From assembly GCA_021372775.1 (NCBI GenBank), contig JAJFTU010000402.1:1-60694 (forward strand): 60,694 nucleotides of DNA, written 5' to 3'. This document shows positions 17,278 to 24,661 of this stretch, in pieces (position 1 is the stretch's first letter; each line of letters starts with the position of its first letter). The notes below the pieces were generated by a model. It was not told where the DNA came from, did no database searches, and saw nothing but the letters and a program-made list of their open reading frames with translations. This DNA is from a bacterium (GTDB lineage: Bacteria; Acidobacteriota; Polarisedimenticolia; J045). The position numbers and the translations under genes were made by a program.

Positions 17278-18540
17278 CTAGTACTGGCCCGCGATGTCGG
17301 CGTCCGTCGGCCCGTCTTCGTCGAGCGGGAGCGACGGCTGTGCGCGGCGCAGTTCGACGATGTCGACCCCCCACTTGCTGTCTGTCGTCGTCACGTCGAC
17401 CGGCGCCTTCGCCTCCATCAGTTCTTTGGCGAGCTTGCCGACGTTGGTGTCAAAGGTGTGCACCTCGCGGCCGTCCGAGAGGGTGATGAAGTGGCGCGTG
17501 TAGGGCTTGCCGCCCTTGCTCGTGATGTTGCCCTGCGCGTCCTTCTTTTCGGCCGTGACGTCCGACTTCAACCTGATGTTGGTGATCGTCGGCCCGGTCG
17601 GCTCCGCCGGCTTCGGTGCATCAGCCGGGGCCGCCGACGCCGCCGCGTGGCCGTTGCCGTTCGAGGGCTGCGCCTGGCCCACGAGTTCGCCCGTCGCTGT
17701 ATCGACCTTCCCGGATGGCGTGTTGACCGTCTCGACGCGCTTCGCCTCCACGACGATGTCGTCCGCCCGACCCGCGCCGACCTGGCGCGCGTTCGGGTAG
17801 AGGGCGCTGGACCCGGCGAGGCCGCGCTCGGCGACCATGCGCCGCTGCTCGGGGTCGTTCGGGTCGGCCTGGAACGCCACCCGGATGACGACAAAGGGCT
17901 TCTGCAGGTCCTTGATGGTGTACTTCTGTCGGATCCCCAACTCGCGGATCGCGGCGTTCTTGGCCTTGCTCTCGCAGACCCGAGCGCCGTTCTTGCGCGC
18001 CTGGATGATCTGTCGTTCGTCGAATCCCTTGAGCGCCGGGCTCCCGTCGCGGAGGTCCAACTCGAAACTCGCGTCGACGTTCTGCCTGGACCCGTCGGAT
18101 GCGACATACCACCCGACCGCCCTGAAGGACCAGAGGTAGCGTTCCTTTCTGTCGTCGGTTTGCCCGACGCTCGTGTCCCATGTGATTCCGGCCGCCTGGG
18201 AAATTCGGCGCAGCCCCACCTTGCCGATCGCGGCCTCGCCAGCCGACAGCCAGGGCACCCCGCGGCCATCCCGAGGGTCCGGGGGGGCGCTGTAGATTTC
18301 GCCGCCGATGCCCTTCTTGTCGACGGTCGTGTCGAGCACGACGAGCGTCGCCCGTGCGGCGTACTGCGGCGGGAGTGCCGACAAATCGACCGGGCTCAGA
18401 ACGTGCGCGTACTGCTGCCACTCGCGGATCTTTGCCGACAGGACGGCCATGTCGGTGATGACTCCGCGCGTCGACTCTTCGAGCCGCGCCAACGCCGTCG
18501 TGTTGTCGCCGGCGCGGGGATCTTTCGGTTGGTCTGCCAT
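17278..18540 (-). CDS. putative recombination / ssDNA-binding protein (function uncertain)
   Basis: 420 aa, first in the HNH-SbcCD operon. CESKAKNAAIRELGI resembles annealing-protein motifs. The acidic C-terminal tail LPLDEDGPTDADI is SSB-like. Confidence 0.35.
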   Translation of the reverse strand: MADQPKDPRAGDNTTALARLEESTRGVITDMAVLSAKIREWQQYAHVLSPVDLSALPPQYAARATLVVLDTTVDKKGIGGEIYSAPPDPRDGRGVPWLSAGEAAIGKVGLRRISQAAGITWDTSVGQTDDRKERYLWSFRAVGWYVASDGSRQNVDASFELDLRDGSPALKGFDERQIIQARKNGARVCESKAKNAAIRELGIRQKYTIKDLQKPFVVIRVAFQADPNDPEQRRMVAERGLAGSSALYPNARQVGAGRADDIVVEAKRVETVNTPSGKVDTATGELVGQAQPSNGNGHAAASAAPADAPKPAEPTGPTITNIRLKSDVTAEKKDAQGNITSKGGKPYTRHFITLSDGREVHTFDTNVGKLAKELMEAKAPVDVTTTDSKWGVDIVELRRAQPSLPLDEDGPTDADIAGQY

Positions 18541-18542
18541 GA

Positions 18543-18869
18543 CTACTTCTCCTGAATTTCGATTTCACGAACGCGGGCGGGCACGACGTCTTCGAACTCG
18601 GCGTCGAGGACGTGTCCGTAGTAGGCATCGACGATCTCGCGCTCTGGTTGTGGGCGGTCCGGGTCGTTCTGCAGCTTGAGGACGGCCAGGATCAACCGCT
18701 TGGCTGTCAGCCGGTCGAGTCCCGGGTAGTGGTGGGCTACGACCTTGCGCGCCCGCAGCATCTCCGGGGGCTCCGGTGGCGGGTCGAACGCCCGCATGAA
18801 CGACTCGATCGCCACGAGTGGACCCATGTAGGGTGCGTGCGGTAACCTGTTGTTGTCGGGCACGGGCAC
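18543..18869 (-). CDS. hypothetical protein (108 aa)
   Basis: GTG start with AAAGGAGG 5 nt upstream. Confidence 0.5.
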   Translation of the reverse strand: MPVPDNNRLPHAPYMGPLVAIESFMRAFDPPPEPPEMLRARKVVAHHYPGLDRLTAKRLILAVLKLQNDPDRPQPEREIVDAYYGHVLDAEFEDVVPARVREIEIQEK

Positions 18870-18889
18870 CTCCTTTGCTCTGCCTGATG

Positions 18890-18909
18890 GGCCGCGCTGT
18901 CACGCGGCC
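18890..18909. promoter_or_regulatory. GC hairpin in early intergenic region
   Basis: GGCCGCG-ctgtca-CGCGGCC within the 176-nt gap 18870-19045. The T-run follows it only on the plus strand. Confidence 0.3.
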
Positions 18910-19045
18910 TTTGCTGTCTCCAAGGCGGGGCGGGCGGAACCGCGCCGGACCATCCGGCGCTTCATTCGGGGACTTGTCGGGGCCGACGCAGCCGCCCAGT
19001 GTCCCGCCCACCCCTGTCAGCCGTTCCCAGTCGGCTGCATCTCGT

Positions 19046-19387
19046 CTACCCGACGCGGCGGCGGCTCGTCGCGGCGCCGCCCAACTCTGCCTTCACCATC
19101 GCGCGCTGGCCGACCGCCTCGAAGATGAGGCGGAGCCACTGAATCGCGCTTTCTGGCACCACCGGCACGCCGAACCGCGCCACGAAGCGCGCGGCGAACG
19201 CGCGCCCGACGGGCGGATCCAGCAGGAGCAAGCGATCGGCGAAGACGTGCGCGTCGCCGTGGACCATGCGGCTGATTGCCGCTTCGTCGCACTTCAGGGC
19301 GGCAGCCACTTCCTGCGGCGTGGTCCCGACGTCGCGCATCGCGCCCTGGAACATCTCGCCGATTTCGCGTGATTGCTCGTTCAACAT
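19046..19387 (-). CDS. HTH regulatory protein (CII/XRE-like)
   Basis: TPQEVAAALKCDEAAISRMVHG helix-turn-helix. Lies in the early operon next to the switch. Confidence 0.5.
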   Translation of the reverse strand: MLNEQSREIGEMFQGAMRDVGTTPQEVAAALKCDEAAISRMVHGDAHVFADRLLLLDPPVGRAFAARFVARFGVPVVPESAIQWLRLIFEAVGQRAMVKAELGGAATSRRRVG

Positions 19388-19399
19388 GGCTGCCCTCGC

Positions 19400-19711
19400 T
19401 CACTCGCAATTTCCTTGCGAGCATTCCGCCCGGTCGCAAGACGTTTGTGAGCACACGTGTTCCGAATGTCCTACCGTGGAACCGTGCGACGCACGACCAG
19501 CCCGACGACGACGCGGCGATCCGAGCGCGGTGCGGTGCATCGCCTCGCGGACGCGCGCGGGTTCGAACCGATTGGTGGTGCCGGCGATGGGCGGGACCAT
19601 CGGGGTCCCCGCGTCGGCTCGACGCTTGAACGTGCGTTTCGATACGCCAAGGACCGCACAGACCTGCGCGAGGTCCATCGCCGGCTCGATGGGATGCAGG
19701 GGGGCCATCAT
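19400..19711 (-). CDS. excisionase/MerR-type HTH protein
   Basis: MDLAQVCAVLGVSKRTFKRR motif. ATGA overlap with the Cro-like gene stop. Confidence 0.5.
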   Translation of the reverse strand: MMAPLHPIEPAMDLAQVCAVLGVSKRTFKRRADAGTPMVPPIAGTTNRFEPARVREAMHRTALGSPRRRRAGRASHGSTVGHSEHVCSQTSCDRAECSQGNCE

Positions 19712-19938
19712 GCCGCCTCCGTCGAGCGCAACAGGTAGCGGCGGACGGAGTAGCCGAGTGCGTCAGCCAGGACCTTCGCCGTCTGGGCCGTCTGGCGCTC
19801 TCCCGAAAGGAATCGAATGACGGTCATGTCGGCAACTCCGGCCCGCTGCGCGAAGGTCGATTTATTCCAGCCCTTCAGCGCCATGTCCTCGGCCATCAGT
19901 TGCGCGTTGAATCTCACAAGCGGGGTGCGTGTTCGCAT
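19708..19938 (-). CDS. Cro-like XRE-family HTH repressor
   Basis: GWNKSTFAQRAGVADMTVIRFLSGER. Divergent from the CI-like gene. ATG 19938 has no SD and lies 10 nt after a -10-like hexamer. The track start at 19980 is TTG. Confidence 0.6.
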   Translation of the reverse strand: MRTRTPLVRFNAQLMAEDMALKGWNKSTFAQRAGVADMTVIRFLSGERQTAQTAKVLADALGYSVRRYLLRSTEAA

Positions 19939-20013
19939 TGCAAACAGGAGATTACGCTCTGGCGCTCGCAATGTCAACAACTATTTCCAACCGCTGTCAA
20001 CAATGCAAACAGG
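19939..20013. promoter_or_regulatory. lysis/lysogeny switch region with repeated motifs and a leftward promoter
   Basis: TGCAAACAGG at 19939-19948 and 20004-20013. TGTCAACA at 19972-19979 and 19995-20002. The minus strand reads TTGACA (19977-19972)-17 nt-TAATCT (19954-19949). Confidence 0.45.
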
Positions 20014-20515
20014 GGAAGTGGTACCATCGCCGCACATGCCAGAGCGCCCTGTCTTCCATGCTGCCTTTGGCCAATTCCTCAAGGAATTGCGCGAGAAGCA
20101 CGGGCTGACGCAGAGCAAGGCGGCGGGGATTGCCAAGCGGCGGGGGACCCCTGCGATCACTAGACAGGTCCTAATCCAGCTTGAGGATGGGCGGGTCAAG
20201 AGCCTAAAGCCCGAAGTGCTGAAGGGGCTCGCGGCGCTCTATGAAGAGGAATACGAGCACCTGGTCCGCCGATGGGTCACCGCTCAGTACGGCGTGGACA
20301 TCGCAACCGAGGCCCCGCTGCCGGCCGGAGCCAGGGTGCTCTCAGTGAACGAGGCTGAGTGGTTGAAGCGCCTCGAGGCGTTGTCCGAGCCGGACAGGGA
20401 AATGGTGAGGGGCTTCATCGACAGGATGCTCGGCCGAGGCGTATCGAACGGCGCCGAGTTTCCCGTCGGCCAGAACATCGAGCGTCGCTCCGGCAAGGAT
20501 CGTCGTGCTAGCTGA
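20003..20515 (+). CDS. CI-like repressor (XRE HTH)
   Basis: FGQFLKELREKHGLTQSKAAGIA...ITRQVLIQLEDG helix-turn-helix. Plus strand, divergent from the cro-like gene. Start is ATG 20003 or 20036, neither with an SD. Confidence 0.7.
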   Translation: MQTGEVVPSPHMPERPVFHAAFGQFLKELREKHGLTQSKAAGIAKRRGTPAITRQVLIQLEDGRVKSLKPEVLKGLAALYEEEYEHLVRRWVTAQYGVDIATEAPLPAGARVLSVNEAEWLKRLEALSEPDREMVRGFIDRMLGRGVSNGAEFPVGQNIERRSGKDRRAS

Positions 20516-20559
20516 GTGGCGGACGAGGCGGAGCCTTTAGGGGCAACGCGGGGGTACTT

Positions 20560-20955
20560 ATGATGTGGATAGCCTGGTGCGCGCTGGTTGGCCAGTTGTC
20601 TGTTCCACAGACCCCGGTTCGGGTGGTGTGGAGCGGAACCGATGTAGTTGGAGGCCAGGTGGCTTCTGCCGTCCGCGACGCGATCGCCGTGTCGCCTCGA
20701 TACCGATCGGTCGACACCTTCCCGCCGGGAACCATAACGATCATGGTGGCTACGCTGGACACCAACGAACGAGGCGTCTCCGGCGTCAAGTCAGCGGTGT
20801 CAGTCGCCTTTGTCGGCATCACGGAGCCGCGCAACTACTTCGGCGGGCATCTCTACGTGAGCGGCATTGACCGTGTTGGCGACCTGGGGCGCGGCATCCT
20901 CTCCGATCTCGACAATGACGTCTCAAACAGGCGGCGCGAGATCGCCACAAAGTGA
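20560..20955 (+). CDS. small protein with hydrophobic N-terminus (lysogeny-cassette moron)
   Basis: MMWIAWCALVGQLSVPQ N-terminus. The stop overlaps the integrase GTG as GTGA. Confidence 0.5.
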   Translation: MMWIAWCALVGQLSVPQTPVRVVWSGTDVVGGQVASAVRDAIAVSPRYRSVDTFPPGTITIMVATLDTNERGVSGVKSAVSVAFVGITEPRNYFGGHLYVSGIDRVGDLGRGILSDLDNDVSNRRREIATK

Positions 20956-22049
20956 GCCCGCGTACCGGCCCGCGCGTCCGCATTGGCAAGTGCCTCTACC
21001 GTGACGCCACGGGCCTATCCGCCGTCGTCAACGTCGGCGACCTGACCCGCGAGCGACGGTTTCCGCTCGAGACGCCGCGCGACCGGGTCAAGCTGTGGCA
21101 GGACGAGACCCGCGTCGCGCTGAGAAAGACGGTGTCGTCGCCGACGCGCGGGACCTTCGCGGCCGACGCCGCGCGCTACCTCCGGGCCGTGAAAGCGATG
21201 GCCGGCATCGACGAGCGGACGAAACAGATCGAGGCCTGGGTCGGCGAGATCGGCCATCGTTACCGTGACCGAATCGCGTCGAGCGAGATTCGCGCGGTCC
21301 TCGAGCGGTGGAAGGAAGAGAAGGGTTGGTCGAGCTCGACGCTGAATCACTACCGGACGGCCGTTCAGCACTTGTGGAACGTGCTCGACGGCAAGGGCGA
21401 GAAGAACCCGGTCCGCGGCGTGCCGCGCTACCGTGAACCGGACGCGGCGCCGCGGGGTCTGCCGTGGCCCGCCGTTCTGTCGATCCTCCGCGCCATGCCG
21501 CCGAGCGTCACGCGCCTGCGCCTGGCGATCATGGCAACGACCGGGCTTCCTCATAGCACGCTCGGCCGGCTGGCGCACGCCGACGTTGACCTCGAGGCGC
21601 GGGTCTACCGTCGGCCTGGCCGTCAGAAGGGAGCGGGCGCGGTCGGCGCGCTGATGCCGCTCTCGAGGAGGGCTGCCGCCTACTTCCGATTGCTCGATCG
21701 CGCGGGTGGGTGGGGACCGTTCTCACGGGGCTCGCTGCGGCTGTCGTTCCTCCGGGCGTGCCGGGCGGCCGAGGCCGCCGCGGCGAAGGCTGGCGACAGG
21801 CTCGACCTGGCGGGCGTTCGCCCCTACGACCTCCGGCACTCGTTCGGCACGGCGGTCCTTCAGGCGACGGGGGATCTCCAGGCGACCAAGGAGCTGTTGG
21901 GGCACGCCGCGTTGAGCACGACCCTACGATACACGCGGGCGTCGGTCGCGCCGTCCGTCCTCGAGGCGCAGGCGAAAGTCGACCGCATTACGGCACCGAA
22001 TCGTGGCACCGGAAAGCGTAAGAGAGAGCGCGTCCAGCAAGTCGTTTAG
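20952..22049 (+). CDS. int: tyrosine recombinase / phage integrase
   Basis: C-terminal catalytic region: ...TGLPHSTL..., PYDLRHSFGT, LLGHAALSTTLRYT (R-H-R-Y pattern). Confidence 0.9.
   Translation: MSPRTGPRVRIGKCLYRDATGLSAVVNVGDLTRERRFPLETPRDRVKLWQDETRVALRKTVSSPTRGTFAADAARYLRAVKAMAGIDERTKQIEAWVGEIGHRYRDRIASSEIRAVLERWKEEKGWSSSTLNHYRTAVQHLWNVLDGKGEKNPVRGVPRYREPDAAPRGLPWPAVLSILRAMPPSVTRLRLAIMATTGLPHSTLGRLAHADVDLEARVYRRPGRQKGAGAVGALMPLSRRAAAYFRLLDRAGGWGPFSRGSLRLSFLRACRAAEAAAAKAGDRLDLAGVRPYDLRHSFGTAVLQATGDLQATKELLGHAALSTTLRYTRASVAPSVLEAQAKVDRITAPNRGTGKRKRERVQQVV
21988..22010 (+). repeat. arm-type repeat copies, int-proximal side of attP
   Basis: TTACGGCACCG followed by AATCGTGGCACC inside the last codons of int. 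Confidence 0.4.
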
Positions 22050-22070
22050 CACTAACACGTTACGTCACGT

Positions 22071-22111
22071 GCGCCCGTAGCTCAGATGGATAGAGCACCG
22101 GCCTTCTAAGC
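22071..22111 (+). other. attP core candidate: 5' half of tRNA-Arg(UCU), not a functional tRNA
   Basis: GCGCCCGTAGCTCAGATGGATAGAGCACCGGCCTTCTAAGC has the acceptor 5' strand, the D-arm, the anticodon stem 5' strand and the loop CTTCTAA. The 3' stem strand, T-arm and acceptor 3' strand are absent. Confidence 0.7.
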
Positions 22112-22214
22112 GAAATCTGGCCGTCCAGCCTTCGGCCACTTCCACGATTATCACGACAACGTGCGGCGTCGGCTGGCCCTGGCTGGCCACTACTGGCCAC
22201 GCTCGGACGGCTAA

Positions 22215-22256
22215 TTGTGGCACCGCATCGTGGCACGACGCGAGATCGTGGCACCG
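22215..22256 (+). repeat. arm-type repeat copies, distal side of attP
   Basis: TTGTGGCACC (22215), TCGTGGCACG (22228) and TCGTGGCACC (22247) are all direct. Nearby CTGGCCAC x2 at 22180-22200. Confidence 0.45.
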
Positions 22257-22378
22257 ACGAGGATGAACAGGGGGACGGCTGCGCTGGCGGCCCTGCCACG
22301 AGCCGGACGCTGGACGGTGTCTAGGGGGTCCGGCGGTCCGCGTCGATTCTAGGGCCGCCTGCGCGGTCGGGTGGCCCG

Positions 22379-22627
22379 CTAGTCGACGAGGGTAGCCACT
22401 GGCAGTTCGAACGCCGACCGGTACGGTTCGGGATATTTCACCGTGACCCGATCGCCGGCTTGAACGCTGAGCGGGCCGTGAACGTTGAACAAGGAGCACG
22501 CGCCGTTGGCGGCCGGCCGAAAGCTGACGGTGATCGGCCTGGGCTCCTCCCGCGTACCGTCATCGTGGATGCACGTCACGGTCGCCGCTGGCGGGTCGCA
22601 GCTGGTGATGGTGATCTGGTACGTCAC
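22379..22627 (-). CDS. small protein, paralog 1 of a duplicated pair
   Basis: GTG start overlaps the upstream stop (GTGA). Shares ITITS.DPP.ATVT.IHDDGTRE and QAGDR.TVKYPEPYRSAFELPV.TLVD with 22964-23242. Confidence 0.5.
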   Translation of the reverse strand: MTYQITITSCDPPAATVTCIHDDGTREEPRPITVSFRPAANGACSLFNVHGPLSVQAGDRVTVKYPEPYRSAFELPVATLVD

Positions 22628-22914
22628 AAGTTCTCCCCGTTAGCCGAGATGCCGCCGAGCCGCGCAAGAAGCGTCTGCGCCATGGCCGGCTCACACCCGC
22701 GCTGAACGAGCCAGCCCTGCGCCTTCTCCTTTGAGACGACGGCAGATTCTTCCCCCGCCCACAGTTGAACCGAAAGAACGCGCACGCATCCAAAGGCGCG
22801 GTAGCCTGAGCGCACGCAAAAACGGGCGTCAGGCGTTTCGGCCGTGAGCGGGCCAGGGACGAACGTGCCGGCGGGAAGGTTTTGCCTCATTGGCATAAGT
22901 ATGCGCCTGTCCAT
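22624..22914 (-). CDS. hypothetical protein between the paralogs (start uncertain)
   Basis: ATG candidates at 22914, 22896 and 22890 sit in a locally AT-richer patch. The track start at 22974 is TTG. Confidence 0.4.
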   Translation of the reverse strand: MDRRILMPMRQNLPAGTFVPGPLTAETPDARFCVRSGYRAFGCVRVLSVQLWAGEESAVVSKEKAQGWLVQRGCEPAMAQTLLARLGGISANGENL

Positions 22915-22963
22915 AATGAGTGGCGAATCCTGGCCAGCCGCAGGGCCACTTCTGGGCTGCCCG

Positions 22964-23242
22964 CTAATCGACAAGGGTGATGACCGGCAGTTCGAACGCC
23001 GACCGGTACGGTTCGGGATATTTCACCGTGAACCGATCGCCGGCCTGAATCGGGTAGCCGCGGAAGTCCAGCAGCGGCAACCATGCGTCCTCGGGATAGT
23101 CCGAACATGCCGAGAAGTCGGCCTTGAACGCCAGCGGCTCCGCCGGCTCCCGCGTGCCGTCGTCGTGGATGCGCGTCACGGTCGCCACGGGCGGGTCGTA
23201 GCTGGTGATGGTGATCTCGTGCAGCACGGCAGGAGTATACAC
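22964..23242 (-). CDS. small protein, paralog 2 of a duplicated pair
   Basis: 46-bp perfect DNA identity (22986-23031 versus 22401-22446) plus a near-identical 5' block. Start is GTG 23242 or GTG 23227. Confidence 0.5.
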   Translation of the reverse strand: MYTPAVLHEITITSYDPPVATVTRIHDDGTREPAEPLAFKADFSACSDYPEDAWLPLLDFRGYPIQAGDRFTVKYPEPYRSAFELPVITLVD

Positions 23243-23280
23243 CCGGCCGCCGAGGGGGCCGGCGGCGGCCGGGTGGTCGG

Positions 23281-23493
23281 CTAGGCTCCGGCCGGCGGTT
23301 CGGTCGGCGGCGGCAAGAGCGCGAGCAACGTCGCGTTGGCCATCCGTTCGTAGGCCCCGGTTTCGGCGAGCCGGGCGTCCATCATGTCGCGCGTGATGAG
23401 CGTCGGCTCGTTCGCCTTCGCAATCTCCTGTTCGATGATGGGCAGCAGGATGTTCTTCACGCCGGCCGCGAGAATCTTGGCGAGTTCCCCCAT
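23281..23493 (-). CDS. hypothetical protein (70 aa)
   Basis: ATG 23493 with GGGAGGG 4-5 nt upstream, one base after the upstream TGA. Confidence 0.5.
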   Translation of the reverse strand: MGELAKILAAGVKNILLPIIEQEIAKANEPTLITRDMMDARLAETGAYERMANATLLALLPPPTEPPAGA

Positions 23494-23494
23494 G

Positions 23495-24154
23495 TCACCC
23501 TCCCAACTTGTCGAGCGCCCCATCAACCGCGCCCGCGAGTACGGACCAACCGCCCGCCCGAGTCAGCGCGGGCACCTTCAGTTTGGCCACGCGCCACGCC
23601 GAGCGGGCGCCTTCCTGCCACGTCGACGGCATCGGCCCGAGTTCGGGGACGATCTTCACCGCCGCTTCCCACGCGGCGGTTGAGGCCACGTCGCGCCAGC
23701 CCCCGCCGGCCTTCTCGAGCGCGGCATCGGCCACGTCGATCATCTGGATCGTGACGCGGACCTCGGACACGCTGAGGATGCGCTGCCCGTAGAGGTCCCA
23801 CGCGAAGTCTCGGATCTTCCCCAAGTCCTTCATCGCGTCGTTCGCCCGGTACATCGTCTCCGTGGTCGGCGCATCAAAGACGACACCCTTCGGCGCGCAT
23901 GAGGCAAGCGGCAGGACGACGGCGAGCAGGATGATCGGCGCCGTCGGGATTCGCCCGGGCGTCGGGATCGTCTCAGGGGGCGGCGACCCCTTCGGCAGAC
24001 GCATCCAGGCCGCGAGGGTCGTGAAGAGGAAGAGACCGGCCTGTATCCAGTCCTTGTACTTCCAAGCGTTCGGCGGATCGCTCACGCCGAGGTAGGTCAG
24101 AATCAGCAGCACGACCGCCAGCGTCCAGCCCCAATGCGTTCGATCCCATTTCAT
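23495..24154 (-). CDS. multi-pass membrane protein with internal lipobox
   Basis: Hydrophobic segments WGWTLAVVLLILTYL, AGLFLFTTLAAW and APIILLAVVLPLASC (L-A-S-C lipobox-like), then a soluble C-terminal domain. Confidence 0.55.
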   Translation of the reverse strand: MKWDRTHWGWTLAVVLLILTYLGVSDPPNAWKYKDWIQAGLFLFTTLAAWMRLPKGSPPPETIPTPGRIPTAPIILLAVVLPLASCAPKGVVFDAPTTETMYRANDAMKDLGKIRDFAWDLYGQRILSVSEVRVTIQMIDVADAALEKAGGGWRDVASTAAWEAAVKIVPELGPMPSTWQEGARSAWRVAKLKVPALTRAGGWSVLAGAVDGALDKLGG

Positions 24155-24235
24155 ACTCAGTCCTCCGGTTGTCGAGTTACTTCTTGATCTGCGCGAGCAC
24201 CCACTCGAGCAGCGCGATGAGCCGCTGCCGGTCCC

Positions 24236-24661
24236 CTACTTCGCTGTCGCTGGTTTCCCACCAGCCTGGGGCGGACCTTGTACGCCGAAAGGGTCGCTGG
24301 CGACGCTGACGCCCTCCTTGAGCGTCGGCGTGTTGATGGCCGCGACCTTGATCACCAGCTTCACGTTCGGGGTCAGTCCGAGGAACCACGCCGCGTTCAC
24401 GACCGTGATCGTGTTCCCGACCGGCGTCGGCTTCCCGAGGTCCAGCGCGACGAGCAGCAGGCCCAGGTCGCCCTGCGAGTACACCCGCGCTTCGTAGCGA
24501 GACACCAGCGGCGTGCCGTCGAGGCCCGTCGCGTTGTGGTCAGGGCTTGGCGTAAACGACAGCATCGTCGGATTGAGCATCACCGCCTGCGCATGGGCGA
24601 CGGGCGCCGCGCCGATCAGGAGGCCCGTGAGGACGAGGACGACCCAGAGGCTTTTCCGCAT
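24236..24661 (-). CDS. secreted protein (signal peptide)
   Basis: MRKSLWVVLVLTGLLIGAAPVAHAQA signal peptide. Trimmed to ATG 24661. Confidence 0.55.
   Translation of the reverse strand: MRKSLWVVLVLTGLLIGAAPVAHAQAVMLNPTMLSFTPSPDHNATGLDGTPLVSRYEARVYSQGDLGLLLVALDLGKPTPVGNTITVVNAAWFLGLTPNVKLVIKVAAINTPTLKEGVSVASDPFGVQGPPQAGGKPATAK

Noticed and set aside
22071-22143. A complete tRNA gene downstream of int
   Set aside because: Only the 5' half through the anticodon loop is present. The anticodon-stem 3' strand does not pair (GCGAA versus the required GCCGG). There is no T-arm or acceptor 3' strand on either strand.
22379-23242. Diversity-generating retroelement (template/variable repeat) as the explanation for the paralog pair
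   Set aside because: No reverse transcriptase ORF is present anywhere in the window. The paralog cores differ in length and are unrelated, rather than showing adenine-specific substitutions.
24177-24389. 70-aa ORF overlapping the end of the secreted-protein gene
   Set aside because: Most of it is R/G/Q shadow sequence. Only the last roughly 18 codons fall in the intergenic gap, and there is no credible start.
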